Assembly (NCBI GenBank): GCA_963729895.1
Contig: CAVSQB010000014.1
Location: 1 to 64,000, forward strand
DNA: 64,000 nt
Direction of reading: 5' to 3'
Origin: an uncultured Fibrobacterota bacterium
GTDB taxonomy: Bacteria; Fibrobacterota; Chitinivibrionia; Chitinivibrionales; FEN-1185
The notes under the pieces are model-generated. The model worked only from the letters and a program-made list of their open reading frames with translations, was not told the origin of the DNA and did no database searches. Numbering within the stretch: the stretch's first letter is position 1; every line of letters begins with the position of its first letter. Positions 12,360-22,475 of the stretch are shown in pieces. Made by a program: the position numbers and the translations under genes.

Positions 12360-13208
12360 ATGGATTCTAGAGTAACCGGCGGTATTCTGCAGAACATAAC
12401 TGCCGGTATCGCGAACCCCAAAGCGCAGTCCATGTGGCGAAACGCATGGACAAAGGCGACGTTCCTCGCATTTTGCTGGGCCAGCCTGTTCATATTCGTG
12501 GGCGGCGCATTTCTGTTTTACTATCTCGTTCACCCGAGGCTGGCGGTCATCGCCATCTGGCTCGACCATGCCACGCTTATCGCCCTGTGCTTCGTCGTGT
12601 TTGTGGTAGCCGCCGGGCTTGCGCTTATCACCGCCACCGCGCTCACCGGCTGGGACCTCCTCTACCCCCACGGAAAACAATCCGTAACCGTCAAGTTCCT
12701 GTTCCCCATTGCGGCCACCCTGAGCCAGGTCTTGCGCGTGGACCGCGCACGGCTTCGGGCCTCGTTCATCAAAGTCAACAACGCGCTCACCAAGGCACAA
12801 CGGAACCGGATCCGCGGCGACCGGATCCTTATTCTGCTTCCGCACTGCCTGCAAATTGACGTATGCAACAGGAAGCTCACCTCCGACGTCTCCAACTGCG
12901 CCCGGTGCGGGCGCTGCCCCGTGGGCGGCCTCGTTGATATGGGAGAGCGCCTCGGCCTCAAGGTGGAAGTGGTGAATGGCGGCACGCTGGCCCGCAAGAA
13001 AGTGGCGTCGTTCCGTCCCGACGGCATCGTGGCCGTGGCCTGCGAGCGCGACCTCACGTTCGGCATCCAGGATGTGCACCCCATTCCCGTATTCGGGGTC
13101 ATCAACGACAGGCCGAACGGCCCCTGCTACAATACCTGCGTCGACATGCATTTGGTGGAGGAAGGAATAAAGTTCTTCAGAAAAGAGCCGGTCCCGGCCA
13201 TTCCGTAG
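12360..13208 (+). CDS. DUF116 family membrane protein
   Basis: Two N-terminal TMs, LPHCLQ, CARCGRC, VACERDL and GPCYNT. Confidence 0.85.
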   Translation: MDSRVTGGILQNITAGIANPKAQSMWRNAWTKATFLAFCWASLFIFVGGAFLFYYLVHPRLAVIAIWLDHATLIALCFVVFVVAAGLALITATALTGWDLLYPHGKQSVTVKFLFPIAATLSQVLRVDRARLRASFIKVNNALTKAQRNRIRGDRILILLPHCLQIDVCNRKLTSDVSNCARCGRCPVGGLVDMGERLGLKVEVVNGGTLARKKVASFRPDGIVAVACERDLTFGIQDVHPIPVFGVINDRPNGPCYNTCVDMHLVEEGIKFFRKEPVPAIP

Positions 13209-13304
13209 CAACTGCCAATCTTTACAATGTGCATCCCAAAAAACCGTTGCCGCTAATTCCGCGCTAAGCTATTTTATGGCACTGCTAAAACCGATTCCGA
13301 CAGC

Positions 13305-13379
13305 GGTCCCTTCGTCTAGTGGTTAGGACACAGGATTTTCATTCCTGCAACATGGGTTCGATTCCCATAGGGACTACCA
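13305..13379 (+). tRNA. tRNA-Glu(TTC)
   Basis: GGTCCCT/AGGGACT acceptor stem, CAGGA-TT-TTC-AT-TCCTG anticodon arm, encoded CCA. Confidence 0.96.
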
Positions 13380-13390
13380 CTTATCATACA

Positions 13391-13424
13391 AAGAGTTGCG
13401 GAGATTGTCCGTAACTCTTTTTTT
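13391..13424 (+). terminator. intrinsic terminator after tRNA-Glu
   Basis: AAGAGTTGCGGA/TCCGTAACTCTT hairpin followed by a T run. Confidence 0.8.
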
Positions 13425-13470
13425 ATTTGAAATGCTCAAAAATGCTTATCATTTTTGAGAAACCTAAATT

Positions 13471-13896
13471 TCAGGAGATTGTTCTCCAGGCTTTGCCTAC
13501 CATGAACTGGATCGCCCCAAGGGGAACTTTCTGCTCTTTTGCTGACTTGATTAATCTTTCGACATCACTTTTAAGTTCATCACAGTTTACTTGTGTAAAA
13601 CCTGCCATTTGTTGAATTTCCGTTTGATCCACCTTATCATACCAAGTGAACATGTGGTCTGTGTGATGGCCGGTCTGTGCCTTGATTACGCTCTTATCGA
13701 ACCCTTCCCTGCGCTTCCTAACAGTAAAGCAATGTCTGAAATCGTGGAACCGGAGATCCTCGTACCCTGCCTTGTCGGCATATTTTCTGAATTGTGATCC
13801 GAAAAAGTTCCTACCGATTTGAAGTCCTTTTATGGATAAAAAGACATTTTCTTCCCTCGCACAAGTTCCACGTTCCTTCTGGATTTCCAAGAGCAC
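13471..13896 (-). pseudogene. tyrosine integrase C-terminal remnant
   Basis: LRFHDFRH, TGH and catalytic Y are present. The N-terminal domains are missing. Convergent on tRNA-Glu. Confidence 0.85.
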
Positions 13897-14112
13897 TTCA
13901 TACAGGTCAGGATCAATGCCAATGGTCTTGTTGTCGGCCTCCTTGGTATCGCTCGACTGAAGTTGGATTAGGCGTTCGGAAAGATTGACGCTTTTCCATT
14001 TCCAGCTGGGAATCCATTGTGTACGATTTCTGTGCGCGAGGACTTTCGGAAATGATAAGATTTGCTTGTAATCAGGCCTGTCACCACCTTCTTCAGGAAA
14101 GGGGACAACGCG

Positions 14113-14529
14113 ATGAACCTTTCAAAATTTGAATCAAGGATGCTCGATATCAGACGGGTTACGGAATTATTGTGGATAGGAATCATTGTGGTCGGCAGCT
14201 TGTTGATTATTGTCCCTTTTGGAATTTATTCCACCCGGCAAATCGACAATATCTGGAAGTCGAACGGGGACCAAATTGAGAAGATAAAGGCCGGCACTAG
14301 CAGCAAGGACATGGCGTTAGTAGACGTAATTGTGAGTCAGAACAGGACAGTGAGGGAAACCATGAGGCAGTTGTTTTATGAGATGATACTGAGGTCCGTC
14401 TTGATATTGGTATTGGTGGGAGGTGCGTTCATTGTAATGTATTTCCGCAGCAGAGCTTATTTGAACATTATCAGGAAATATCAGGAACTTGAAAATGTGA
14501 AGGAAGCCGGAAAGATGATCGGCCCATGA
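14113..14529 (+). CDS. hypothetical two-TM protein
   Basis: AAAGGGG RBS, two hydrophobic helices, lower GC than the core. Confidence 0.65.
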   Translation: MNLSKFESRMLDIRRVTELLWIGIIVVGSLLIIVPFGIYSTRQIDNIWKSNGDQIEKIKAGTSSKDMALVDVIVSQNRTVRETMRQLFYEMILRSVLILVLVGGAFIVMYFRSRAYLNIIRKYQELENVKEAGKMIGP

Positions 14530-14857
14530 ATCGTTGGCGTTTTGTCTGTGGCTTGCTTTGCGGAACAACATGTCTACCAGGAATCTCACAACGGCTGGCC
14601 CGCTCGAAAATGACTGCTTTATTCTCCTCGAAATGACCGATCAACCACATAATGTGCCTGAAAGAATCAAAGGCGCAAATTTGCACCACTGGTTTGATGC
14701 CTTCTTGATTCTCCGTAGTTTCCGCGAGGTAATGCTTGCTTCTTGCTATCGACAAATGTGATTTTGCAGTATACTGATTTAGTTTGGCCTTGTCAAACGG
14801 CATTGCAAACTGGTTACCTTCGGCAATCAATTCATTAATAGATATTTCGCTGCCCTC

Positions 14858-15094
14858 CTAGTCCTTCCTCGAAAACACAATCGACTCATCACCCTCCTGC
14901 CGTTCCACTTCGACAATGAGACCCGCTTTTTCGAGCGCGGGCCCCAGCTCCGCGGCTATGTCGGTTTCGGAGGTGATGTCGAACATGTTCCGGAAGTCGG
15001 CCAATTCTTCACTGTAAAAGCCGCCGTCCCGCGGAAGTCTGGCGATCGCTGCCTCGACATGCGACCGGATAACGGCGATCAAGGCTTGGTCCAT
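14858..15094 (-). CDS. small acidic hypothetical protein
   Basis: GGAGGTGG RBS, host-like codon usage, last gene of the tat run. Confidence 0.7.
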   Translation of the reverse strand: MDQALIAVIRSHVEAAIARLPRDGGFYSEELADFRNMFDITSETDIAAELGPALEKAGLIVEVERQEGDESIVFSRKD

Positions 15095-15110
15095 GGTTCC
15101 ACCTCCAAGA

Positions 15111-15938
15111 CTACTGTTTATCAATTTTTCGCGCCGTACGGTACACACAGAAAGCGCTCAGGTACGGAAACGTCGCCAGCGCCGCCGCCACCGGCAGGCA
15201 GAGCCTCGCAATCGACGTTTTGATCGTAGCCTCGCCTTCGGCTTCAAACGGTTCGCCGGAAAATGCCGGTTTGTACACAATGCTGCAGCGCCGTCGCCGG
15301 CCGTCCGCAAGCATGTTTCGAAGTGCCGTATACCAGCCGTAGGCGGTTCCGGTGACGGCCGGATCGTCGAACCCCATCCTCACCAGAAGCCGGACATGGC
15401 CCACCGAACAAATCCTCAACAGCAACTGCAGGGTCCTTCCAAGCCATCGAATGACCTTGCCGCGGAACGGACCGTTGCCCAGGTACACCCACAGCCTTTT
15501 GACTTGCAGGAATCCGGACCGCCACTGGTTCCGGCCGGGTTCCTGTTCGTGCCCGGCAGCCGCCTTTGGGCCGGCTGGTCTCTGTTCCGGTTCGGCAAGC
15601 GGTTGCGCACGGTCGGGCCCAGAGGTTTTCTCATGAAGAGTTTCCCCCTTCACTGCGTGATCCCGGGCTCCGGCCTTTGCGGCCTTCCGCGGTTTTTGGG
15701 ACGGGAATGCCTTCGTCCCGTACGCGTACAGCCGCAGGGCCCCGAATGCGAGGACTTCCAGAGTCTTTCCCTTGTTGTCAATAACGGCCTTGAGAACCCC
15801 GGGGTGCAGCCAGGAACAGCGCACCTCGACACTGCCGCCGCCCGGGCCGACGGCGCCGGCGCACACGACGGCAATGGGAGCAACGAGAACGAGTGCAAGG
15901 ACAACGAGCGGGAGAAGGATAACGATTGATAGAAGCAT
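15111..15938 (-). CDS. membrane-anchored protein (DUF2953-like)
   Basis: N-terminal TM and GFDDPAVTGTAYG motif. Confidence 0.7.
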   Translation of the reverse strand: MLLSIVILLPLVVLALVLVAPIAVVCAGAVGPGGGSVEVRCSWLHPGVLKAVIDNKGKTLEVLAFGALRLYAYGTKAFPSQKPRKAAKAGARDHAVKGETLHEKTSGPDRAQPLAEPEQRPAGPKAAAGHEQEPGRNQWRSGFLQVKRLWVYLGNGPFRGKVIRWLGRTLQLLLRICSVGHVRLLVRMGFDDPAVTGTAYGWYTALRNMLADGRRRRCSIVYKPAFSGEPFEAEGEATIKTSIARLCLPVAAALATFPYLSAFCVYRTARKIDKQ

Positions 15939-15985
15939 ATCAGCGGCCTGTTGGGGTAAAGAGAAATCTCTCCGGCGTCATGCAA

Positions 15986-16819
15986 CTACCCTGCGGGCTG
16001 TAGGGGCGGTGCCACCTGCGGCGCGGGTTCCTGCGGCGGCATGATAAGAATGCCCCGTTCGGTGATCACCTGGTCCATCGTGATATCGTGGTAGGCGAAG
16101 GGAAGCCTTTCGTCCGGACCCATGATCTGGCAGTCGAATGCGACCCCGTACACAGGCACCCGGCCCTTGAGCTCCTTGACGAACCTGTCGTAGCATCCCC
16201 GGCCCCTGCCGAGACGGGAGCCGTGGATGTCAAATGCGACCGCCGGGCACACGACGAACTGTATGTCGCTCTTGAAAAAATTGTTCCACTTTTCCCGCAC
16301 CGGCTCGTACACGCCGATCCCGCTGAGGGCCGTGTCCTTGTCGGCATCGGTGATCTCCGCAACTCCCATGGATGCATCCTGGTTGATATAGGGCACAATC
16401 ACCCTGCGCCCGGTTGCAAGCATTTCGGCGATAGCCGGACGCATCGCCACCTCGGCGCCCGCTTCGACGTACACCATCACCGCTTTCGCCTTTGCAAAGG
16501 AAGGTTCCTTTTTCAGGATCTCCCAGATGGCGGCAGATTTTTCCGCGCGCTGTTCCAGGGCGAGTTCCTTGCGCTTGGCAATGTAGGTTTCGCGCAACGC
16601 CTCTTTCTTCTTCGCCACCTCCTGATCGTGGGTGGGCATGGCCTCGTCGATCCTGCTTATCTCGTTTATCTCGCGCCGGACTTTGTCGGAGTACAGGCGC
16701 ACCTTGCCCACAAACCTTCCCGCCTGCCGTATGATGTTGGGTATCTCCTTGGACCCGAAAAAGATCAGGATGAGGACCAAAATGATGAGTATTTCCGAAA
16801 AATCAAGCCCCATGTTCAT
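15986..16819 (-). CDS. TatA/TatB-family domain fused to 5-formyltetrahydrofolate cyclo-ligase
   Basis: N-terminal EILIILVLILIFFGSKEIP plus amphipathic helix. C-terminal KEALR and PAVAFD..GSRLGRGRGCYDR, D..MD motifs. Confidence 0.88.
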   Translation of the reverse strand: MNMGLDFSEILIILVLILIFFGSKEIPNIIRQAGRFVGKVRLYSDKVRREINEISRIDEAMPTHDQEVAKKKEALRETYIAKRKELALEQRAEKSAAIWEILKKEPSFAKAKAVMVYVEAGAEVAMRPAIAEMLATGRRVIVPYINQDASMGVAEITDADKDTALSGIGVYEPVREKWNNFFKSDIQFVVCPAVAFDIHGSRLGRGRGCYDRFVKELKGRVPVYGVAFDCQIMGPDERLPFAYHDITMDQVITERGILIMPPQEPAPQVAPPLQPAG

Positions 16820-17583
16820 GCTGCGCGCCTCCGCGTCAGGAACGACACCAGGATGCTCACCGCGTAAATAAGAAGCAGCGGCACGGCCATGAACATCATG
16901 GACGCCACGTCGGGCGGGCTGATCACGGCGGCGATAATCGCAATAATGACGACGGCATGCCGGATCTTACCTATGAGGAATTCCGGCGTCAGGAGCCCCA
17001 TCCGGGTGAGGAGCCAGGAAACCATGGGGAATTCGAAGATAATGCCGCAGGCAAGGCCCAGCTTGATCATAAAGGAGATGTATTCGCTCGCCTTGAAATA
17101 CGGCTCGATCACGCCGCCGCCGAACGTGGCAAGCACCTTTATCATCCAGGGGATCATGAAATAGGCAAAGGTAATGCCCAGAAAGAACGACAGCGACGAT
17201 GAAATGACTATGGGCAGGGCCACTTTCTTTTCTTTGCCGTAAAGACCGGGCGACACAAACGCCCAGATCTGGTAGAAAACAAACGGGATGGATACGATGA
17301 TGCCGCCCACCAGCGCGATCTTTATGCTCAGCATGATTGCTTCGGCGGGTGCGGTGAAAATAAGATGGGGCTTCGGATAGGTGAAGCGCAGGGGATACAC
17401 CAACAGGACCTGAAAAATCTTCTTCCAGAAGATAAAGCACGGAACGGCGCACACGAAAACGCCCACGATGCACTTGATAAGCCGGCCCCGGAGCTCTTCA
17501 AGATGGTCGAGGAAATTCATGCCCTCGGGGGCATCGTTCCCTTTATCCTTCTTTCTTAGCTTCCGCAGCAGGCTTGCTATCAT
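16816..17583 (-). CDS. tatC: twin-arginine translocase subunit TatC
   Basis: [28 protein letters not shown] and SPPD. Confidence 0.97.
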   Translation of the reverse strand: MIASLLRKLRKKDKGNDAPEGMNFLDHLEELRGRLIKCIVGVFVCAVPCFIFWKKIFQVLLVYPLRFTYPKPHLIFTAPAEAIMLSIKIALVGGIIVSIPFVFYQIWAFVSPGLYGKEKKVALPIVISSSLSFFLGITFAYFMIPWMIKVLATFGGGVIEPYFKASEYISFMIKLGLACGIIFEFPMVSWLLTRMGLLTPEFLIGKIRHAVVIIAIIAAVISPPDVASMMFMAVPLLLIYAVSILVSFLTRRRAA

Positions 17584-17752
17584 TCGGCTTCTCCGCCTCG
17601 TTCAGTTCCTTGGTGGCTTCGCTGGATGCTTTCTTGAATTCCTTTATTCCCTGTCCCAGTCCCTTTGCGAGTTCGGGTATCTTCTTTGCCCCGAAAAGCA
17701 GAACGATCACAAGCAGCACAATCGCCCAGTGAAGCGGGCTCATGGTACCCAT
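17543..17752 (-). CDS. tatA: twin-arginine translocase subunit TatA
   Basis: [24 protein letters not shown]. Confidence 0.96.
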   Translation of the reverse strand: MGTMSPLHWAIVLLVIVLLFGAKKIPELAKGLGQGIKEFKKASSEATKELNEAEKPNDSKPAAEAKKEG

Positions 17753-17850
17753 ACTGTACCCCTTTCACGAGTAAAAAATAGTCTTACCGGTATTGCGAAA
17801 ACCGATTTGATATCCGGTAAACAGGTCATAAAATATATTAAGAGACGACA

Positions 17851-18627
17851 ATGAATACCAAATTACCTTTACTCAGTCTTGGTTCCGTCGTTTACGGAAT
17901 TCATCCCGTTGAAGAACTGATCTCAACCAGACTACGTCAGATAGACCGCCTATATTTTGACAAAGACCGGTCGAGCGGACCGCTGTTCAACCTTGTAAAG
18001 CTTGCAAGAAAAGAACGCCTCCCGTACCAGATGGTCCCTGCGCAAAAGCTGGACCATGAGGCCGGCAGCCCGAACCATCAGGGAGCAGTGGCGCTGTGCA
18101 GCGCCAAGGAATACATGGACCCGGACGCGCTGCTCCAGCACTTGTCGTCGAAACCGTCGGCCCCGCTGCTGTTTATTCCGGCGTCCGTGGAAGACCCGCG
18201 CAACCTGGGAGCGCTCGTGCGAACCTGCGTCGCGTTCGGTGTGGATGCAATGCTGCTTGAGCGAAAGAACACCGCGCCCATCGGCGCAACAGTGGCCAAA
18301 GCGTCGGCGGGGATGCTTGAACACATCTCTCTTGTTAAGACGAAGAACCTCGAGGGACTCGTTGCGACGCTTATCACCAGGGGATTTGCGGTGGTGGGAG
18401 CGCAGCAGGGCGCAGAGAAGAAGCCGCAGGACATCGACCTCACCGTACCGGCGGTCATCGTCACGGGCGGGGAAAACCGCGGCATCCCGCCGTATCTTGC
18501 AAAAAAATGCACGCACCTCGCCGGTATTCCCCTTGCCGCCGGCGCCAACTCGCTCAACGTGTCCGCCGCCGCAGCCATCATCCTGTACGAATGCGCGCGG
18601 CAGCGGAGATTTCCTTCCGCACGGTAG
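17851..18627 (+). CDS. rlmB: 23S rRNA (Gm2251) 2'-O-methyltransferase, TrmH/SpoU family
   Basis: YGIHPV, HQGAVA, DPRNLGALVRT, GGENRG and SLNVSAA. Confidence 0.88.
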   Translation: MNTKLPLLSLGSVVYGIHPVEELISTRLRQIDRLYFDKDRSSGPLFNLVKLARKERLPYQMVPAQKLDHEAGSPNHQGAVALCSAKEYMDPDALLQHLSSKPSAPLLFIPASVEDPRNLGALVRTCVAFGVDAMLLERKNTAPIGATVAKASAGMLEHISLVKTKNLEGLVATLITRGFAVVGAQQGAEKKPQDIDLTVPAVIVTGGENRGIPPYLAKKCTHLAGIPLAAGANSLNVSAAAAIILYECARQRRFPSAR

Positions 18628-19785
18628 CTATTTGTCGCCGAGGCCGAAAAAAGAATCCATCGTGGACTCGATGTCTTCCCCGCTTATGACGGAGTTATCT
18701 TCTTTGTTTGATGCCGGGGACGGTGGCTTTTTGGGTGCCGGTCCGGGCTGTTTTCGGACGATTTCAGCGCCCTCCACGACTATCGCCTCAGGCGGAACGC
18801 CGGCGGCGCCCATGAGCTGGGTTCTGTCCCATTGCAGTGTTTTCTCGGTCCGGTCCGCGTGGGGCGCGTTGGCTTCGGGCGGCCGCACAATTTCCTGTCT
18901 TACTCTTTTGTCAACAGTTCCGCCAAACTCCTTTTCAAAATCAAAACCCTGCAGTTCTCGTGCGGGAGCCTTGGGCGCTTCGGGCCGCGCGGGCCGCGGC
19001 GCCGCCTGCGGTGCCGGCCTCCTTTCAACCGTCTGCGGGATCGGTGCGGAAGGCCTGGGTTGGGGTCTTGCCGGGGGCGGCTCGCGTTTCAGCCTTTGCT
19101 CCTCAACGTCCTCCGTCACCCTGATGACACCGAGCCGAACGTCCGTGGGCGGAGGCTCAACCCGCGGGACGGTTGACATTTTCGCCTGGCCAGCGGGAGC
19201 AACGGGCTGGACAGAAACGCCCCTTCGCTCGGAGATGCCCGGGACAGCGGCAATGGTTTCTTCTTCGGGCGACGGCCTCGATACTTCCATTGGGGCGGTC
19301 CGCGCCGCGCCGGGAAGAGGAGGGGTGCGCGATTCGAAGCGCGCTCCGTAATCCTCTACAACGGACGAAGAGGTATCGGCCCGGTCCGGCCCGGCCTCGC
19401 CGACATATCTGTCCCCCGCCGGACGGGTTCGGACGGATTCGCCGGCCCCGAACGCGGCCCGAAACTCGGCGATCCGCGATTCCATATACTTGACAAAATA
19501 GATGTCAAGCACATGCATGTTTTCCGTAAGCATCTTCTGCATCTTGTCGATTTTGGGGGACAATGCGGAGCGGAGCGCGTGAGCGTTCATGAATTTCGCT
19601 ACGGCCGAGGAGAGCACCTTGTCCGCTTCGGCCGATTCTTCCGCGACCGCTTTCACCACCAGGCTCTTTTCACGCGCAAGCTGGCGCTCGGCCTTCCTGA
19701 ACACGAAGAGAACAAGCCATACGCCGGAACTCAGCAGCGCCCCGAGGATAACGCCGATGCCCAGAAGTATTACCGTGTCGTTCAT
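18628..19785 (-). CDS. single-TM protein with long Pro/Ala-rich disordered region
   Basis: AAAGGA RBS, N-terminal TM, helical domain, low-complexity tail. Confidence 0.75.
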   Translation of the reverse strand: MNDTVILLGIGVILGALLSSGVWLVLFVFRKAERQLAREKSLVVKAVAEESAEADKVLSSAVAKFMNAHALRSALSPKIDKMQKMLTENMHVLDIYFVKYMESRIAEFRAAFGAGESVRTRPAGDRYVGEAGPDRADTSSSVVEDYGARFESRTPPLPGAARTAPMEVSRPSPEEETIAAVPGISERRGVSVQPVAPAGQAKMSTVPRVEPPPTDVRLGVIRVTEDVEEQRLKREPPPARPQPRPSAPIPQTVERRPAPQAAPRPARPEAPKAPARELQGFDFEKEFGGTVDKRVRQEIVRPPEANAPHADRTEKTLQWDRTQLMGAAGVPPEAIVVEGAEIVRKQPGPAPKKPPSPASNKEDNSVISGEDIESTMDSFFGLGDK

Positions 19786-19907
19786 GAAATTTCCTTTCGC
19801 TGCGGAAGCAAAGTGAGAAAGTACCCTTTATTACACGTACCTTACAATGATACACCGCACCTGCGGAAAAATCAACGTATAATTGGCCGGCAGGGGAGCC
19901 GCAACGA

Positions 19908-22112
19908 TCACAACATGTTCAACGGATCGACATCGATGACCATCCGCATGCCTGCGGGCACCCTTATTTTCGTCCTGAGGGTGCCCGCGGCCTCCTGCAA
20001 CGCACCCGCCGACTGTGATCTTAACAAAAGCGAAAACCTGAATTCGTTCTTAAGCTTGGCAAGGACCGCCGGGGACGGCCCGAGCACGCGAACCGACCCG
20101 CTCCAGCGCGCGCGCACCGCGGCCGCGGCCGAAGAAAGCAGCGCTACGACGCCGGCCTCGCGCGCGCCGGAGGCCACGACGCGAACAAGCTTGCCGAAGG
20201 GTGGGTACCCAAGTTCCTCGCGCTCGGATGCTTCCCTGTTGTAAAACTCCACAAAATCGTGGTCTCGCGCGGCGCAAATGGCGGGTTCGTTGGGGAAATA
20301 GGTCTGCACTACCACTTCGCCCAGGTTGTCGGCGCGTCCGGCCCGGCCGGCAACCTGCGACAGGAGCTGGAAGGTCTTTTCCGCCGCTCGAAAATCGGGA
20401 ACATGCAGGCCGATATCCGCCTGCAAAACACCGACCAGCGCAACGCCCGGAAAATTGAGCCCCTTGGCGACCATTTGCGTGCCGATGAGAATGTCCGCCT
20501 CGCGGCGTTCGAATTGTTGGATGATGGCAATATGGCCGCCCCTTCCGCGCGTGGAATCCTGGTCCATGCGGATAATGCGCGCAGATGGAAATTGCGACGC
20601 GATGTACTCCTCGGCCTTCTGGATGCCCGTTCCCTTGAACCGTATCTGCTCCCCTCTGCAAGCGGGGCACGACGACGGCGCAGGCTCCTGGTATCCGCAT
20701 TGGTGGCACTTGAGCGCGAGTTCCTGTTTGTGGTAGATCAGGTTTACCGAGCAGTGCGGGCATGCATAGGTATGGCCGCATTCCTTGCAGATAAGGAAGG
20801 TGGAGAACCCGCGCCGGTTGAGCAGAAGAATGACCTGCCGCCCGTCGGACAGCGCCGCCTGGACACGGGAGGCTAGGTGGCGCGACAGCAGTGTCCAGTT
20901 ATTCTCCTTGTGTTCTTCCCTCATATCAATAATGGTGACCCGGGGAAGCGCCGCCTCGCCGAAACGACGTGACAGGGTGAGCAGCCGGTACTTGCCCGTA
21001 CCGGCATTGCGGTAGGTCTCCATGCTCGGCGTTGCGCTGCCGAGCACTGCCGCAGCGTGCTGCAGGCGGGCGCGCATCACGGCCACGTCGCGCGCGTTGT
21101 ACCGCGGTTCGAGGTCGCTTTGCTTGTAGCTGTGGTCGTGCTCCTCGTCGACAATAATGAGCCCGAGATTGACAACAGGCACCAGGATGGCGCTTCGCAC
21201 GCCGATCACCAGGCGCCTGCGTCCGGTAACGAGTTCGTCAAGGCTGTCGCGGCGCTCGCCCTCGCTCATCCTGCTGTGAATCACCGCGATCACGTCGCCG
21301 AGCGCTCCCCGGAACCGCGCGATGGTCTGCGGCGTGAGCGAGATTTCGGGCACCAGGATGATGACGCCCTTTCCCGCGGCAAGCGCCCGCCGCGCCAGTT
21401 CGATATACACGTGGGTCTTACCGCTGCCGGTGATGCCATGCAGCAGAAACGGCGGGCTGTCGTGGGCGAATCCCCCGGCGATCGCATCCACTGCGGACTG
21501 CTGCTCGCCGGTAAGCACGATGCCTTCGTCGCCCGTGCCGACACAGGCCCGCAGCTCCTCGGCCTCGCGCAGAACCGCCTTTCTCTCTTTGACAAGGGCA
21601 CCGTTCTTGACAAGGGCGCCGAGCACGTGCGGCGTAACGCCCAGGGATGTGCAGGCCTCGCCGGTAAGCTCGCCGGTCGAGGCGGCAAGCGCCTGCAGCG
21701 CCGCGGCCTGTTTGGGGGAAAGAACGCCGCGGGGCGCGACGGCGGCAACGCGGTAGACCGCCACCGTTTTTTCCTTCGCCGCGATCAGGTTCTTGCGGAC
21801 AAACGGCCTGAAGACGCGGCCGAGATCGCACTGGTAGTAGGCGGCGATCCATTCGTACAGCCGGATGAGCGAGGTGTCGGCATCGGTCCAGCGGTCTTTT
21901 CTTATGTCAAGAACGGGCTTCAGGTTCGCGTGCCTGGACGACGCCGAAGTGCGGACGGCAACGCCCCACAGTTTCCTGCTGCGGAGTTCAACCAGCACCG
22001 GCATGCCGGGAACCACCGCGCCGGCAAACACCGGGGGAATCTCGTAGTCGTACACCCCGGAAATCGCCATTGGAAACGCCACGCACGCCACAGTGTTTTC
22101 GGTTGGTTCCAT
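19908..22112 (-). CDS. priA: primosomal protein N'
   Basis: GITGSGKT, VDEEH, four CxxC pairs and GTQMVAKG. Start codon is estimated. Confidence 0.97.
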   Translation of the reverse strand: MEPTENTVACVAFPMAISGVYDYEIPPVFAGAVVPGMPVLVELRSRKLWGVAVRTSASSRHANLKPVLDIRKDRWTDADTSLIRLYEWIAAYYQCDLGRVFRPFVRKNLIAAKEKTVAVYRVAAVAPRGVLSPKQAAALQALAASTGELTGEACTSLGVTPHVLGALVKNGALVKERKAVLREAEELRACVGTGDEGIVLTGEQQSAVDAIAGGFAHDSPPFLLHGITGSGKTHVYIELARRALAAGKGVIILVPEISLTPQTIARFRGALGDVIAVIHSRMSEGERRDSLDELVTGRRRLVIGVRSAILVPVVNLGLIIVDEEHDHSYKQSDLEPRYNARDVAVMRARLQHAAAVLGSATPSMETYRNAGTGKYRLLTLSRRFGEAALPRVTIIDMREEHKENNWTLLSRHLASRVQAALSDGRQVILLLNRRGFSTFLICKECGHTYACPHCSVNLIYHKQELALKCHQCGYQEPAPSSCPACRGEQIRFKGTGIQKAEEYIASQFPSARIIRMDQDSTRGRGGHIAIIQQFERREADILIGTQMVAKGLNFPGVALVGVLQADIGLHVPDFRAAEKTFQLLSQVAGRAGRADNLGEVVVQTYFPNEPAICAARDHDFVEFYNREASEREELGYPPFGKLVRVVASGAREAGVVALLSSAAAAVRARWSGSVRVLGPSPAVLAKLKNEFRFSLLLRSQSAGALQEAAGTLRTKIRVPAGMRMVIDVDPLNML

Positions 22113-22475
22113 AAAGAAATCCCGTGCGGCATTTGCCGGCCGTGCACAATGCGTCGTGCGAAAAAGAGCGACCGTCCGTCTTCCCATCGGGGCGCCACCT
22201 GGCCACTCATCGACGCTCTCAAGAAGCGGGCTATCCAGAAAATACAAGTTGTCTCCGAACGGGACGCAAACCAAACCGCGCGGGGCCGGAACAGCACGAG
22301 CGCAAATACCTCAGTCACACTTTCGAAACCGACTACACCATATAAACGATCCCCTCACCTATCTTTTAAACCCATTGCAATTTGTATTGACAACCCTCCT
22401 GAGAAAAAACCATCTTTATGTATTCATAATCCATTCGGTATTCCCCTATTTACATAATTAATGAGGAGGATGGCG

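Noticed and set aside
14471..14830. 119-aa minus-strand ORF
   Set aside because: Weak start, overlaps another ORF, no recognisable motif. Probably a remnant.
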